64,000 nt of DNA from Dehalococcoidia bacterium (lineage in GTDB: Bacteria > Chloroflexota > Dehalococcoidia > Lucifugimonadales > UBA3495). The notes below the pieces were generated by a model. The model worked only from the letters and a program-made list of their open reading frames with translations. It did no database searches and was not told the DNA's origin. Below are positions 53,201-63,064 of the stretch, piece by piece (positions within the stretch are counted from its first letter, which is position 1; each line of letters opens with the position of its first letter). A program made the translations under genes and the position numbers. The DNA is taken from NCBI GenBank assembly GCA_034420695.1, contig DAOULB010000002.1:151644-215643 (forward strand). Reading direction: 5' to 3'.

Positions 53201-53788
53201 GTGGCTGCATTGAACGTTATGGAGCGGAGCGAGACCATAGGGTTCCTTAATAACCACGTTAAGACCGACATGCTGATGAAGCACCTGCTATCCGTCGAAG
53301 CCTCGATGCGGGGATATGCCAGGCAGTTCGGTGAAGATGAACACCGCTGGGGAATCGCCGGACTATTGCACGACTTCGATTGGGAAATATGCCCTACTCC
53401 CGAAAGTCACCCGGAGTACGGAGCACAACTATTGAGAGATCAAGGTTACCCCGGCGACATAGTCCGGGCGGTGTTGACCCACGGAGACCACACCGACATG
53501 AAGAGAGAGTCGCTGATGGAGCGGACCCTCTTTGCCGTGGATGAACTATCGGGCTTCGTCAGGGCTGTGGCCTTGGTGCGCCCGACCAAATGTCTGGACG
53601 AAGTTACACCCCGGTCGATCAAGCGAAAGATGCGCGACAAAGGATTTGCCCAAGCCGTCAACCGGGATGATTTGGTGCGGGGGGCGGCGGAGCTGGGGGT
53701 GGACTTCGACGAACACATCGCCTTCGTGGTTGAGAGCATGAAGCCGGTATCAGAACAGATTGGGCTGGTCCCTCCCGGCGGCCCATAG
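53201..53788 (+). CDS. HD-domain metal-dependent phosphohydrolase
   Basis: ...KHLLSVEASMRGYA...WGIAGLLHDFDWE...HPEYGA..L...G......AVL.H... contains the H...HD...D motif pattern. Confidence 0.75.
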   Translation: MAALNVMERSETIGFLNNHVKTDMLMKHLLSVEASMRGYARQFGEDEHRWGIAGLLHDFDWEICPTPESHPEYGAQLLRDQGYPGDIVRAVLTHGDHTDMKRESLMERTLFAVDELSGFVRAVALVRPTKCLDEVTPRSIKRKMRDKGFAQAVNRDDLVRGAAELGVDFDEHIAFVVESMKPVSEQIGLVPPGGP

Positions 53789-53822
53789 GCCAACGCCTGG
53801 CCTTCCTTACGAATTTTTGCCC

Positions 53823-55088
53823 TCATGAGTCTGTCCCACCCGGCCATAGGGCGTCCAGTTCGAATCCGGTCTCGATCTCGGTGGAGGGATGCCGTCCTTT
53901 GACTTGGTCCAAGTGCCGTTCCGTCAAGAGGGGCGGGTCCAGGTCTTTAACCAAGTCTATAGATTCGCTGTCAGCTTGGAATCCCCATAATGCACCGCTT
54001 TCCACCCCTTTGCCTTGAAGCAGGACCGCAAAGTCGCCCAGTCCTCCAGAACGCGTCAAGTCCAACAATCCTGCCCGGTTTGATTCAGCTTGACGCTGTG
54101 GGAGACCCAGAGTCCTCAATTGGCGTTGCCACAAATCCAGCCCCAGGTTCTTCAGGAACCGCCCCTGATTGGTGAGTCCCATTGGTACAAGACCTGTTCG
54201 CCGCCCCTCCTCAATGAGCGAGGTGAAGTCCACTTGAGAGGTGATGTCCTGGGATCCAACCCGGCGCAGGGGGGCATCGGTCTGGGTATGGCGGTAAAAA
54301 GTAGTGAGGGTACCCCGCATGCGCTTTTCCGGGGAATAAAGCTCGGGGGCTTGCCTGCCGTAGTCGATTGTTAGAACGTAGCCGGAATCAATGGAGGTCG
54401 ACACGGTTTCCAACCAATCGGCTAGGCCAAGGTTTATCTCGGCAACCTGGCTTTCCTCCAGGGTTATATCCAAGTTCCGCAAACGCTGGGCTAAGGCCGG
54501 GGTGGATACCGGGCCCAATTGCTCGTTGATCTCTTGGCCATGCAGGACCACGTATATCTCCTTGAGTTCACCCTCCTCTACCTTAACTTGGTGGACCGGA
54601 AATGCGTCCAGCAACTCGTTGGACAACACACAACCGGTAATCCCTATGGGAGCCTCATCGGAACTGACTACCTTGAAGGGCAACTCTTCCCGGGCTAGGC
54701 CCGTGGGGCTCTGCCGCTCGATCCCAAGGTAGTCCAAGGCTGTTCCAAAGCCGGCGGGCAGGTGTGCGCTGAAGGCCAACACGTCCCGGCCCAATTGCAG
54801 GTTCCCGCAACCGTGCTCCACCACGGTGAACCGACCGGGCTCTCCAAGAAGCAGCCACATCTGGAAGAGTTGCACCGCAATGAGTCCGCCAAAGGTGGGG
54901 TGGACCATGGGGCTGGTGTAATAGTCACCAAGGGCGCCTGCCCTGCCGGATGCCCCGGTGTAGTACCCGCCCTCCGGCCAGTAGAGGGCCAGTTCCATGA
55001 ACTCGGCAAAGGTGATGGCCCCTCTTTCACCAATGCGGCGCCGTATTTCAGATTCCGCGGTCATTGGGCGCCATTGTACGACAGGCAT
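53823..55088 (-). CDS. Class I SAM-dependent methyltransferase of the MidA/NDUFAF7 (DUF185) family
   Basis: ...GAITFAEFMELALYWPEGGYYT.......GDYYTSP.VHP.FG..IA.Q......LG.P..F.VVE.G.G.G.L..D.L... Confidence 0.75.
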   Translation of the reverse strand: MPVVQWRPMTAESEIRRRIGERGAITFAEFMELALYWPEGGYYTGASGRAGALGDYYTSPMVHPTFGGLIAVQLFQMWLLLGEPGRFTVVEHGCGNLQLGRDVLAFSAHLPAGFGTALDYLGIERQSPTGLAREELPFKVVSSDEAPIGITGCVLSNELLDAFPVHQVKVEEGELKEIYVVLHGQEINEQLGPVSTPALAQRLRNLDITLEESQVAEINLGLADWLETVSTSIDSGYVLTIDYGRQAPELYSPEKRMRGTLTTFYRHTQTDAPLRRVGSQDITSQVDFTSLIEEGRRTGLVPMGLTNQGRFLKNLGLDLWQRQLRTLGLPQRQAESNRAGLLDLTRSGGLGDFAVLLQGKGVESGALWGFQADSESIDLVKDLDPPLLTERHLDQVKGRHPSTEIETGFELDALWPGGTDS

Positions 55089-55194
55089 GGCCCATGCTGA
55101 TGGGGTCCTTCGATTCCCGAAAATGGCTTCCCAAAGAAAAGGGGCCCGTTCAGGCCCCTTTGCATGCTTCGCTGTGCCTTGTCAGATTGCGGTC

Positions 55195-56328
55195 CTACCC
55201 CCGCTCCCCTATGGGCACGTACTCCAAGTCCATTTCGCCGGTGTACTCCAGCAGGGGCCGAATGAGGATGTTGTCCTTGTACTGCTCTACGCACTGAAGG
55301 GTCCAGCCGGGGATGCGCCCCAAGGCGAATATGGAAATGAACAGGTCGTCGGGGATGTCCAGTAGGTAATAGATAGCCCCGGCGAAGAAGTCCACGTTGA
55401 CACAGATTCCTCTGTCCCGGTAGGGGAGCATGGTCTTCTGTTCCAGATGGGAGAGAATCTGGAACCACCGCGGCTCACCCTTCTTTTCTCCCAGTGCCTG
55501 GGCGCGCTCCCTGAGGTGGCGGGCCCTGGGGTCCTCCGCTCGGTAAACCCGGTGGCCGAAGCCCATTATCCGCCCCCCGGACTCCAAGTGATTGCGGGCG
55601 TACTCCTCGGCATTCTCCGGGTTGCCTATGTCCAGAGACATTTTCATGACTTCTTCGGCGGCCCCGCCGTGGGCTGGGCCCTTCAGAACGCCGACGCCGG
55701 TGGTCACCGCGGAGTGCAGGTCGGAGATGGTTGAGGCGGTTACCCGGGCTCCGAAAGACGAGGCGTTGGCCCCGTGTTCGGCGTGCAGGATGAAGTCCAC
55801 GTCCAGCAGGCCAATGGTTTCCTCGTCCGGCACCTCTCCGAACATCATGTACAGGAAGTTGCCGGCGTGGTTGAGGTCCGGGTTTGGTGCGACCGGCTCC
55901 AAGCCCTGCCGCAGCCGGTGGTGGGCGGCGACAATGGTGGGACCTTGGGCAGTCAACCTGATGCCCTTACGAATGGTGGCCTCCACTGAATTGTCGGCCA
56001 CTTCTGGATCAAAGGCAGCTAGCGCGGAGATGCCGGTCCGCAAAGCGTCCATCGGGTGGCTGGCTTTCACCAAATCCAGGACTTGGATAATTTCGTCTGG
56101 AATACGACGGTTAGCCCGAAGTGTGTCGTCGAATTCCTGAAGCTGCTGCCGATTGGGTAGTGCCCCGTACAGAAGCAGGTAAATGACCTCTTCGAAGGTA
56201 GACTTTTCCGCCAAGTCATGAATGTTATAACCGCGGTACAGCAGCTTGCCTACCTGCCCGTCAATGAAGCTGGACTCTGTGGTGTCCAAATACACGTCCT
56301 TGAGTCCCTTCATAATTTCGGGTGCCAT
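55195..56328 (-). CDS. gltA: Citrate synthase (short, type I/2-methylcitrate synthase-like)
   Basis: ...GLKDVYLDTTESSFIDGQVGKLLYRGYNIHDLA...LHAEHG.NASS...GPAHGGA.E.V...GFGHRVY...DPRA... The ATG at 56328 lies 7 nt after GGAGG. The ORF-track start at 56406 adds 26 poorly supported codons. Confidence 0.9.
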   Translation of the reverse strand: MAPEIMKGLKDVYLDTTESSFIDGQVGKLLYRGYNIHDLAEKSTFEEVIYLLLYGALPNRQQLQEFDDTLRANRRIPDEIIQVLDLVKASHPMDALRTGISALAAFDPEVADNSVEATIRKGIRLTAQGPTIVAAHHRLRQGLEPVAPNPDLNHAGNFLYMMFGEVPDEETIGLLDVDFILHAEHGANASSFGARVTASTISDLHSAVTTGVGVLKGPAHGGAAEEVMKMSLDIGNPENAEEYARNHLESGGRIMGFGHRVYRAEDPRARHLRERAQALGEKKGEPRWFQILSHLEQKTMLPYRDRGICVNVDFFAGAIYYLLDIPDDLFISIFALGRIPGWTLQCVEQYKDNILIRPLLEYTGEMDLEYVPIGERG

Positions 56329-56616
56329 AAAGTGTCCTCCTTGTGTATGAGGGAAAGTCCCAGCAAGCGACCGGAGCAGTGTCCGCACGGGGCCAAATTG
56401 AGCCATCGAAAAGCAAAGGAAATATTGCCCGCCCGGCGGGCCGCCGCGGGCGATTCTAGCATCGGCCTATGTGAGTGTCAAGCTGAACCAGCTTTGAAGA
56501 GCCCTTGCGGGGACTCGCCCGGAGCCTCATTTCCCTCACAAGTCGGGCCGGATTATCAATGCAGGTCTCCTCCTGTGAAAGGAGCGTGAGCCAGTGAAAC
56601 TGCGAGCCGAAGTTGG

Positions 56617-57501
56617 CTAGGCGGACCGGTCGGCGCCGGGAAGGTAGCTGCTCAGCCAGGTCTGGAGCATTACCCGTACCTTTTCCCCGGTGCTGAGGCT
56701 TACCCGGTGGGTCAGCACGTCATAGTTCCTTTTTTCAATTCGTTCCAGGATCTTGCTGTAGAGCCGCCCAAGCACTGCCGGACAAGCCCGGGAACCGGGT
56801 GTGAGGTAGGGGAGCAACTGGAAGCCGCTGTGGAAGTAGTCCCTCGCCCTTTGGGCTTGGAACCGCATAAGGTCGATGAAGGACTGGTTAATGGCCCCTC
56901 TCTTCAAGTCCTCTTCCGAGTAGCCGAAGCGCACCAGTTCGTCCTGGGGCAGGTATATCCGCCCCATCTCCAGGTCCTCCTTCACGTCCCTAGCGATGTT
57001 GGTTAGTTGCATGGCCAAGCCCAAGTCTATCGCGTGCTGGCGGGCCCTGGAATCCCGGTAGCCAAAAATCTGCAGGCAGACCAGCCCAACCACCGATGCG
57101 ACCCGGTAGCAGTACTGGCGCAGCTCTTCAAAGTCCTGGTACCGCGTCTTGGTCAGGTCCATCTCCACCCCGGAGATTATGTCCAGAAAATATTCCTGGG
57201 GTATGTCATAGAGGCGGGCCACGTCGGATAGGGCCAGGAAGACGGGGGAACCGGAGCAGTCATCGTAGGAGCGTGCCAGGTCGTCACGTATTTGAGAGAG
57301 GGCCTCCAGCTTTTCTCCCGTGCTGCTCCAAGTGTCCACTGCGTCGTCGCAGTGGCGGCAGAAGGCATAGGCTACGTAAATTGCACGGCGTTTGGGATGG
57401 GGAAGGGTCAAGAAGGCGTAGTAGAAGTTCTTGGCCTCCCGCCGGGTGATGGACTGGCATTCCCGGTAGGCGGTCTCCAAGTCTATCAAAGGGGCCGCCA
57501 A
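56617..57501 (-). CDS. Squalene/phytoene synthase family protein (HpnD/Sqs/CrtB-like)
   Basis: It has the two Asp-rich regions YAFCRHCDDAVD and NIARDVKEDLEMGRIYLP. The start is TTG. It is adjacent to shc. Confidence 0.85.
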   Translation of the reverse strand: MAAPLIDLETAYRECQSITRREAKNFYYAFLTLPHPKRRAIYVAYAFCRHCDDAVDTWSSTGEKLEALSQIRDDLARSYDDCSGSPVFLALSDVARLYDIPQEYFLDIISGVEMDLTKTRYQDFEELRQYCYRVASVVGLVCLQIFGYRDSRARQHAIDLGLAMQLTNIARDVKEDLEMGRIYLPQDELVRFGYSEEDLKRGAINQSFIDLMRFQAQRARDYFHSGFQLLPYLTPGSRACPAVLGRLYSKILERIEKRNYDVLTHRVSLSTGEKVRVMLQTWLSSYLPGADRSA

Positions 57502-57507
57502 TGGGAC

Positions 57508-57951
57508 CTATTCCCCTACCACCTGCAGCATGACCTCCCGGGGCCTTGGGTGGTCTAGTTCAATAAAGAACACGCTCTGATAGGTGCCGAACTGCATGCC
57601 CCCATCGACCAATGGAATAGTCTCGCTGGTGCCCATCAACAGGTGTTGGATGTGTGCGTGACCGTTGGGGGCCTCGTCGGGCGTCATGTTCACGGTCCGG
57701 ATGCTGAAGTCGTTGTGCTGGTAGCAGCCGTGCCTCGGGGAGAACTGCTCCAAGAAATTCTCCATGTCTTTCACAAGCAAAGGCTCGTTTTCGTTGATCT
57801 TGACGGCCGCGGTGGTGTGCTTGGAATAAACCACCACGAACCCGTTGAAAACTTTCGATTTAGCGACGCATTCGCATACCCATTCGGTAATATCGATGAA
57901 CTGCGGCGCCTTCTCGGTATCCAGGTGGAGACAAAATGTCTTGGATTTCAT
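57508..57951 (-). CDS. yjbQ: YjbQ/UPF0047 family protein (secondary thiamine-phosphate synthase-like)
   Basis: ...IDITEWV...G.V.VYS.HTTAAV.INENEP.L..D...FL........Y.HN........NGHAH....L.G.S...P...G....GT.Q.V...E.D.PR.R.V... Confidence 0.8.
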   Translation of the reverse strand: MKSKTFCLHLDTEKAPQFIDITEWVCECVAKSKVFNGFVVVYSKHTTAAVKINENEPLLVKDMENFLEQFSPRHGCYQHNDFSIRTVNMTPDEAPNGHAHIQHLLMGTSETIPLVDGGMQFGTYQSVFFIELDHPRPREVMLQVVGE

Positions 57952-57978
57952 TTTTCAGCATCCTTGTTAGGGAAGAGT

Positions 57979-60033
57979 TCAGGACTTGGTTCCGTTAATG
58001 CGCCGGTCAAGGCCCGGATAGTCCTCTCTGGAATTGGACAACTTTCGGAACCGGCCCAAAGCCAAGAGCGGCCAATAGTTCCGGTAGTGGTGATAATTGA
58101 TCATGAATGCCCCGGGCATACTGGGGTCTTGGTAACCGCGCTCCCCGGGCTTGGGGAGCTTTTCAGGACGTTCTCCCACCAAGTAGCCGGGGAACCCTGC
58201 GCCAGTGAAGTAGGGCTCGTCCCAACATCCCTCGTCGGTCTGGCTTCCCAGGAGATACAGAATGCCCCTTTCTACTGCGCTGTTTTCCGTCTCCCCGGCA
58301 GCAAGCAAAGCCAGAATGGCCCATGCGGTCTGTGACGCGGTGCTGGGACCCACACCGTGAAAATTAGGGTCCACGTAAGACGCGCAGCTTTCACCCCAGC
58401 CCCCGTCCTCGTTCTGATGGTCCAGCAGCCAGTCCACGGCCCGTCGAACATAGGGCCGCCGCATGTCTTCCCCGATCGCTGCCAGGGCAGGCAGCACTGC
58501 GCCGATCCCGTAAATGTAGTTGACCCCCCAGCGTCCGAACCAAGAACCGTCCTGCTCCTGTTCCCGGCGAATGAAGTCGTAGGCCCGCTTGAGTGGAGGG
58601 AAGTTCAAGGTATATCCCAGCTTCCCGAACATCTCCACTAAGTGGGCGGTCACGTCCACGCTGGGTGGGTCCAGCACCTCACCAAAGTCCGAAAAGGGCA
58701 ACTCGGCCAGGTACCGGCGGTTGTTGTCCTTATCGAAGGCCGCCCAACCGCCGTTCTTGCTCTGCATGGCAAGGACCCAATCCACGCACCGGCTGATGGC
58801 GTCCTTGCGGCGTTTGTCATGGCCTGGGGGCAGCTCCGCCAAGGCCAAGGCCATCACAACCTCGCCGGCGTCGTCTATGTCCGGGTAATTATTGTTATTG
58901 AATTCGAAGGACCAACCGCCGGGCTGGGCATTCTTGGCCCGCACCTTCCAGTCCCCTGGAGTCAATATCTGCTGGTCCAGCAGCCAATCGGTGGATTTCT
59001 GAATCATCGGGTCTCCCGGCGGGACCCCGGACTCGGCTAAGGCAATTTGGGCCAAGCAGGTGTCCCAAACCGGCGAAATGCAGGGCTGCACAATGAAAGT
59101 CTCTTCGTCTTCAATGGCGAAGCCCTCGAAACCGTTGAAACCCGCTTCCATCATCGGGTCGTCCATGGGGAACCCCAAATGGTGCAAAGCAATCAAGCTG
59201 TACACCCAGGGAGGTTGAATACCTCCCCAAGACCCGTCCCCTTCCTGGTGGTCCTTGAGCCACTGCACGATCCTGCGTTCCGACTGGGAGCGCAGCGGGT
59301 GCAATGGCAACTTCTGATAGAGGGCGATGGCCCGGTCCAAGTAGTAGAAGAGCTTGGGCCATCCCCAACTCAGGTCTGAATCGGCCAGGGTATAGTCGGT
59401 CTCACTGCGCGGGGTGGGATAAAGCTCGTCGATGTTGGCATAATCGGGCACCGGGCAAGTGGGGCGGCGGGTGAGAATGACGAGCATTGGCACAATGGTG
59501 CCCCGCGCCCAACTGGAAAACTCGTAAATGTTGAAGGGCGCCCAAGTGGGCAGCAACATCATCTCCAGGGGCATGTTGGGAGTTCCCTCCCAGTCCCACT
59601 GGCCGAAAAGCGCCAGCCAGATCTTGGTGAAAACCCGGGTTTGCGGCACGCCGCCCTGAGACAGGATGAATTCCTTTGCTTTCAGCATCGGCTCGGAATC
59701 GGGCGCCTGCCCCGCCAGCTTCAGCGCGAAGTAGCACTCCACCGAGGTGCTCAGGTCTCCGGGGGCCTGGTAGTACTGGCCCCAGGAACCGTCTTTGCTC
59801 TGCTGCTGCAGAATGTAGTTGGATATTTTCCCCCAACGCACCGTGTCCCCCTTCCCCAGAAAATGGGAAAGGAGAAGGTATTCTGCCTCCATGGTCGCGT
59901 TGGCTTCCAGCCGCCCCCACCAGTAGCCCTCTTCGTACTGGTTGGAACGGAAAAACTCCTGACATCGGAGGATGGCCTGGTCTAGGCCCTCCTTGGTAAT
60001 AGAGCTTGTCAAACCCGTCGCTTCAGGAATCAT
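57979..60033 (-). CDS. shc: Squalene-hopene cyclase
   Basis: The 684-aa ORF has multiple QW repeats (e.g. Q..DGSWG, QNEDGGWGE, QTDEGCW) and the DxDD-type catalytic region (YPDIDDAGEV). Confidence 0.95.
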   Translation of the reverse strand: MIPEATGLTSSITKEGLDQAILRCQEFFRSNQYEEGYWWGRLEANATMEAEYLLLSHFLGKGDTVRWGKISNYILQQQSKDGSWGQYYQAPGDLSTSVECYFALKLAGQAPDSEPMLKAKEFILSQGGVPQTRVFTKIWLALFGQWDWEGTPNMPLEMMLLPTWAPFNIYEFSSWARGTIVPMLVILTRRPTCPVPDYANIDELYPTPRSETDYTLADSDLSWGWPKLFYYLDRAIALYQKLPLHPLRSQSERRIVQWLKDHQEGDGSWGGIQPPWVYSLIALHHLGFPMDDPMMEAGFNGFEGFAIEDEETFIVQPCISPVWDTCLAQIALAESGVPPGDPMIQKSTDWLLDQQILTPGDWKVRAKNAQPGGWSFEFNNNNYPDIDDAGEVVMALALAELPPGHDKRRKDAISRCVDWVLAMQSKNGGWAAFDKDNNRRYLAELPFSDFGEVLDPPSVDVTAHLVEMFGKLGYTLNFPPLKRAYDFIRREQEQDGSWFGRWGVNYIYGIGAVLPALAAIGEDMRRPYVRRAVDWLLDHQNEDGGWGESCASYVDPNFHGVGPSTASQTAWAILALLAAGETENSAVERGILYLLGSQTDEGCWDEPYFTGAGFPGYLVGERPEKLPKPGERGYQDPSMPGAFMINYHHYRNYWPLLALGRFRKLSNSREDYPGLDRRINGTKS

Positions 60034-61061
60034 ACTGTCACAGCCGCCTCAAGTTTCACGTATCCGTGGCCGGTGAACCAGTCGATAGCTTTACGTAGAG
60101 CCTCCTTCACAGGGGTCTGGGGCAGGCCCAACTCTCTAATTGCCTTTTCGCAGTTTACGTACATCGGATGCCTGGCTACCTGTACTCCCTCCAGCGGAAT
60201 GCGGGGTTGGCGGCCCATGAGGCGGCCCTCCACCAAGCCGTCCAAGTAACCCGCCGCTGTTACCATCCAAAAGGGCGCCTTCCAGCGGGGAGCCGGCAGT
60301 CCGGTCAGGTCTGCCAGTATGCGAAAAATTTCCCTCAAGGTCAGGTTGGTATTTCCCAAGAGGTACCGTTCCCCTTCCCGCCCCCTCTCCAAGGCCAGAA
60401 TGTGACCGGCCGCCACGTCTTCCACATCCACCACGTTCATTCCGCTGGAGAAATAGACCGGGATACGCCCGCGAAGAAAATCGAGCACCATCTGCCCGGT
60501 AGGAGTTGGCTTGACGTCCCAAGCTCCAACCGGAGCTGTGGGGTTTACCACCACCACCGGCACACCCTGAGACGCCCTTTGCAAAACGAGCCGCTCCGTT
60601 TGATACTTCGACTTCTTGTAGGTGCCAACCAAGTGGTGCTCCCGCACCGGCGTGTCTTCGTTCCCCAAGGCTCTGCGAGTGTCTTCTCCGGAAGAATCTC
60701 CGGTCAGTCCGATAGTGGACACCGTGCTCGTATAGACCATCCTGGACACCCCGGCGGCCTCCGCTGCGTCCAGCACGTTTGCGGTGCCGGTCACGTTTGT
60801 CTCGTAAATCAGCCGGGGGTCGGGGCTCCAGAAAGTATAGGCCGCGGCGCAATGGAAAACGGCTTCACAGCCCTCAACGGCCCTGTCCAAGGATGCCCGG
60901 TCCAATATATCCCCGGAAACCATCTCAATCCCGGTGCCCTCCAAGGGGATTGCACTGCTTTGTGGCCGTACCAATGCGCGGACACGATGGCCTTCATTCC
61001 AGAGCGCCCTGGCCAAGTTGCCGCCGATAAAACCTGTTCCCCCGGTCACCAAGACTTTCAT
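60030..61061 (-). CDS. hpnA: Hopanoid-associated sugar epimerase HpnA (NAD-dependent epimerase/dehydratase family)
   Basis: MKVLVTGGTGFIGGNLARAL, YxxxK (YKKSK), and its position between shc and hpnG with ATGA overlaps on both sides. Confidence 0.85.
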   Translation of the reverse strand: MKVLVTGGTGFIGGNLARALWNEGHRVRALVRPQSSAIPLEGTGIEMVSGDILDRASLDRAVEGCEAVFHCAAAYTFWSPDPRLIYETNVTGTANVLDAAEAAGVSRMVYTSTVSTIGLTGDSSGEDTRRALGNEDTPVREHHLVGTYKKSKYQTERLVLQRASQGVPVVVVNPTAPVGAWDVKPTPTGQMVLDFLRGRIPVYFSSGMNVVDVEDVAAGHILALERGREGERYLLGNTNLTLREIFRILADLTGLPAPRWKAPFWMVTAAGYLDGLVEGRLMGRQPRIPLEGVQVARHPMYVNCEKAIRELGLPQTPVKEALRKAIDWFTGHGYVKLEAAVTV

Positions 61062-61873
61062 CTATTCTCAGGCCCCGGGCGCAAGAGTATCTCGGAAGCC
61101 GGGATAGCCCCGGATAGAGATTCACCGGAAGATGTTGCGTATTCTTTCTGTTCCCAAGCCCTGAATTCGGAAACGAAGGCATTGGTAAACTTTGTCAATA
61201 CCCCTTGGGAGCGGCGCATCCTGGTGTATAGCGACAGAAGAACCGGGAATTGCCACGGTTTGGCCGCGGCGCTGATCGTTGCCACGGGGCCTGCTCCGGC
61301 AAGTTCTATCAGGTCATCTGGCAGGGTTTGTCCCTGCGGGTCCAACACTACCCGGGCGGAAAGGAAGGGTACCCCGGCATCGGCCGCAACCCCTGCCGCT
61401 GCGTAATCTTCCATGTTCACTGACGACGCAGAAAAGGCGTTGTAGATGAGCAGCTTTTCCCTGGGGCTGTGAACCATGCTGTCCACCGTCAGAGAAGGCC
61501 CGCAGTTCACCTTCAGGCCGGCCCTGGCGGCTGCTAGGCTGCCCAGTGCCAACATTTCCCGGTCCGGCTCCACCGACTCCAATGGCCCGGCCCCCCGGGA
61601 GTCGGTGCCCGGCGGAAGCCAATAGTAAAAGGATGCCAATACCAAGTCTCCCGTGTTCAGCGCCGGGTCGGCCCCGCCGGCGAACCCCACTAGCAGTACG
61701 GCCTGGCAGGGGGCGGAGGCGCCTTGCCCCTGCCGTGACAGCAGCTCTCCCATGGACGCCGAAGCCCGCTCCGGGCCTATGCCCAGCACGCCGAATTCCG
61801 CGCCTCCATCCTCCCCGCGGCCTTGGGTGAGGGACGGCAGCTCCCGTTCCATGCTGGCAATGATGGTTAACAT
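61058..61873 (-). CDS. hpnG: Hopanoid-associated phosphorylase/nucleosidase HpnG (PNP/UDP-1 family)
   Basis: The Gly-rich phosphorylase-family regions (...GIGPERA...VLLVGFAGG...) are present. It lies between hpnH and hpnA. Confidence 0.7.
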   Translation of the reverse strand: MLTIIASMERELPSLTQGRGEDGGAEFGVLGIGPERASASMGELLSRQGQGASAPCQAVLLVGFAGGADPALNTGDLVLASFYYWLPPGTDSRGAGPLESVEPDREMLALGSLAAARAGLKVNCGPSLTVDSMVHSPREKLLIYNAFSASSVNMEDYAAAGVAADAGVPFLSARVVLDPQGQTLPDDLIELAGAGPVATISAAAKPWQFPVLLSLYTRMRRSQGVLTKFTNAFVSEFRAWEQKEYATSSGESLSGAIPASEILLRPGPENR

Positions 61874-61897
61874 AGCAAGCTTGCGCCAGCCAGCAGG

Positions 61898-62938
61898 CTA
61901 GGCGGCGGTCAGTCCCCCTTTGCTGGCGGCGCCCGACTTTATCAGCGTGGCCCAGTCCCTGGGACTGGACACCGCTTGGAAGATGGTGGCCGATTCAAAG
62001 CCGCAATGCATCATGCAATTGGAGCAACGCGGGTCCTTTCCCACGCCGTACCGGTCCCACAGGCCGGAATCGTAGAGCTCTTCCAAGTCGTCCACATGCT
62101 CATCGGCCAAGGGGTAGCAGGGCTTGCGCCAGCCCATTACGGTGTAGGTTGGGTTGGACCAAGCGGTGCACTGGTATTCCTTCTGCCCCTTTAGGAAGTC
62201 CAAGTACAGGGGGTTGTTGTAAAAGCGCATACCCTCCGTCTTCTCGGGGTCCAGCAGTTCCTTGAACATCCCGTGGGACTCCCTGCGTGTCAGGAACATG
62301 TCCCGGTCAGGGGCGTCTTCGAAGTCGTACCCTGGCGAAATCATCGACCCTTCGACGCCCAAGTCGCTTACAAACCGGAACATCTCCCACAAGTCGGGCA
62401 CGTCGCTGCCCCGGAACACCGTAGTGTTGGTGCAGACCCGGTAGCCCCGGCTCAGGGCAAGCTCAATGCCCTGCACCGCCTTCTTGAAAACTCCGGAGCG
62501 CGCTACCGACTCGTCGTGATTCTCCTCCATTCCATCCAAGTGAATAACCCAGCTGAAGTACTTGGAGGGAGGTATCCGGTCCAGCATTCTCTCCAGCAGC
62601 AAGCCGTTGGAGCAGCAATAAACAAAGTACTTTTCTTCTACCAGGGTGTTTATGATTTCGTGAATCTTGGGGTGGATCGTGGGCTCCCCCCCCGCAATAG
62701 ACACGATGGGAGTTCCCGCTGCCCGCACCGCGGCTAGGGCTTCCTCCACCGGCATCAACTTGTCCAGCACCGGCTTGTATTCACGGATGCGCCCGCAGCC
62801 AATGCAAGCCAAGTTGCACATCTCCAAGGGCTCCAGCATGGTGACCAACGGAAACCTCTTCCTGCCCTTCAAACGGTTCTTCATTATGTAGTAAGCCAGC
62901 CGGACTGCCATTTCCGCTGGGCGCTTTGCAGTCTTCAT
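61898..62938 (-). CDS. hpnH: Adenosyl-hopene transferase HpnH (radical SAM)
   Basis: It has the radical-SAM CxxxCxxC (CNLACIGCG), ...SIAGGEPT..., and a C-terminal Cys-rich region (CSNCMMHCGFE) typical of HpnH. Confidence 0.88.
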   Translation of the reverse strand: MKTAKRPAEMAVRLAYYIMKNRLKGRKRFPLVTMLEPLEMCNLACIGCGRIREYKPVLDKLMPVEEALAAVRAAGTPIVSIAGGEPTIHPKIHEIINTLVEEKYFVYCCSNGLLLERMLDRIPPSKYFSWVIHLDGMEENHDESVARSGVFKKAVQGIELALSRGYRVCTNTTVFRGSDVPDLWEMFRFVSDLGVEGSMISPGYDFEDAPDRDMFLTRRESHGMFKELLDPEKTEGMRFYNNPLYLDFLKGQKEYQCTAWSNPTYTVMGWRKPCYPLADEHVDDLEELYDSGLWDRYGVGKDPRCSNCMMHCGFESATIFQAVSSPRDWATLIKSGAASKGGLTAA

Positions 62939-63064
62939 ATCACCTTCTTTTTCGGTCGTTCGGCAAAATCGCTGGAGTTTGATTTCTATACGGGATTATC
63001 TATATCGAGCCGAGGATTTCCAGGCCGTGAAGAACACACCCGTCAACCTGCTGTCAGCCTGGTA

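Noticed and set aside
60168-61406. A 412-aa plus-strand ORF antisense to hpnA and hpnG
   Set aside because: It is a shadow ORF with Pro/Arg/His-rich composition and lies opposite two genes with clear family motifs and operon-style overlaps.
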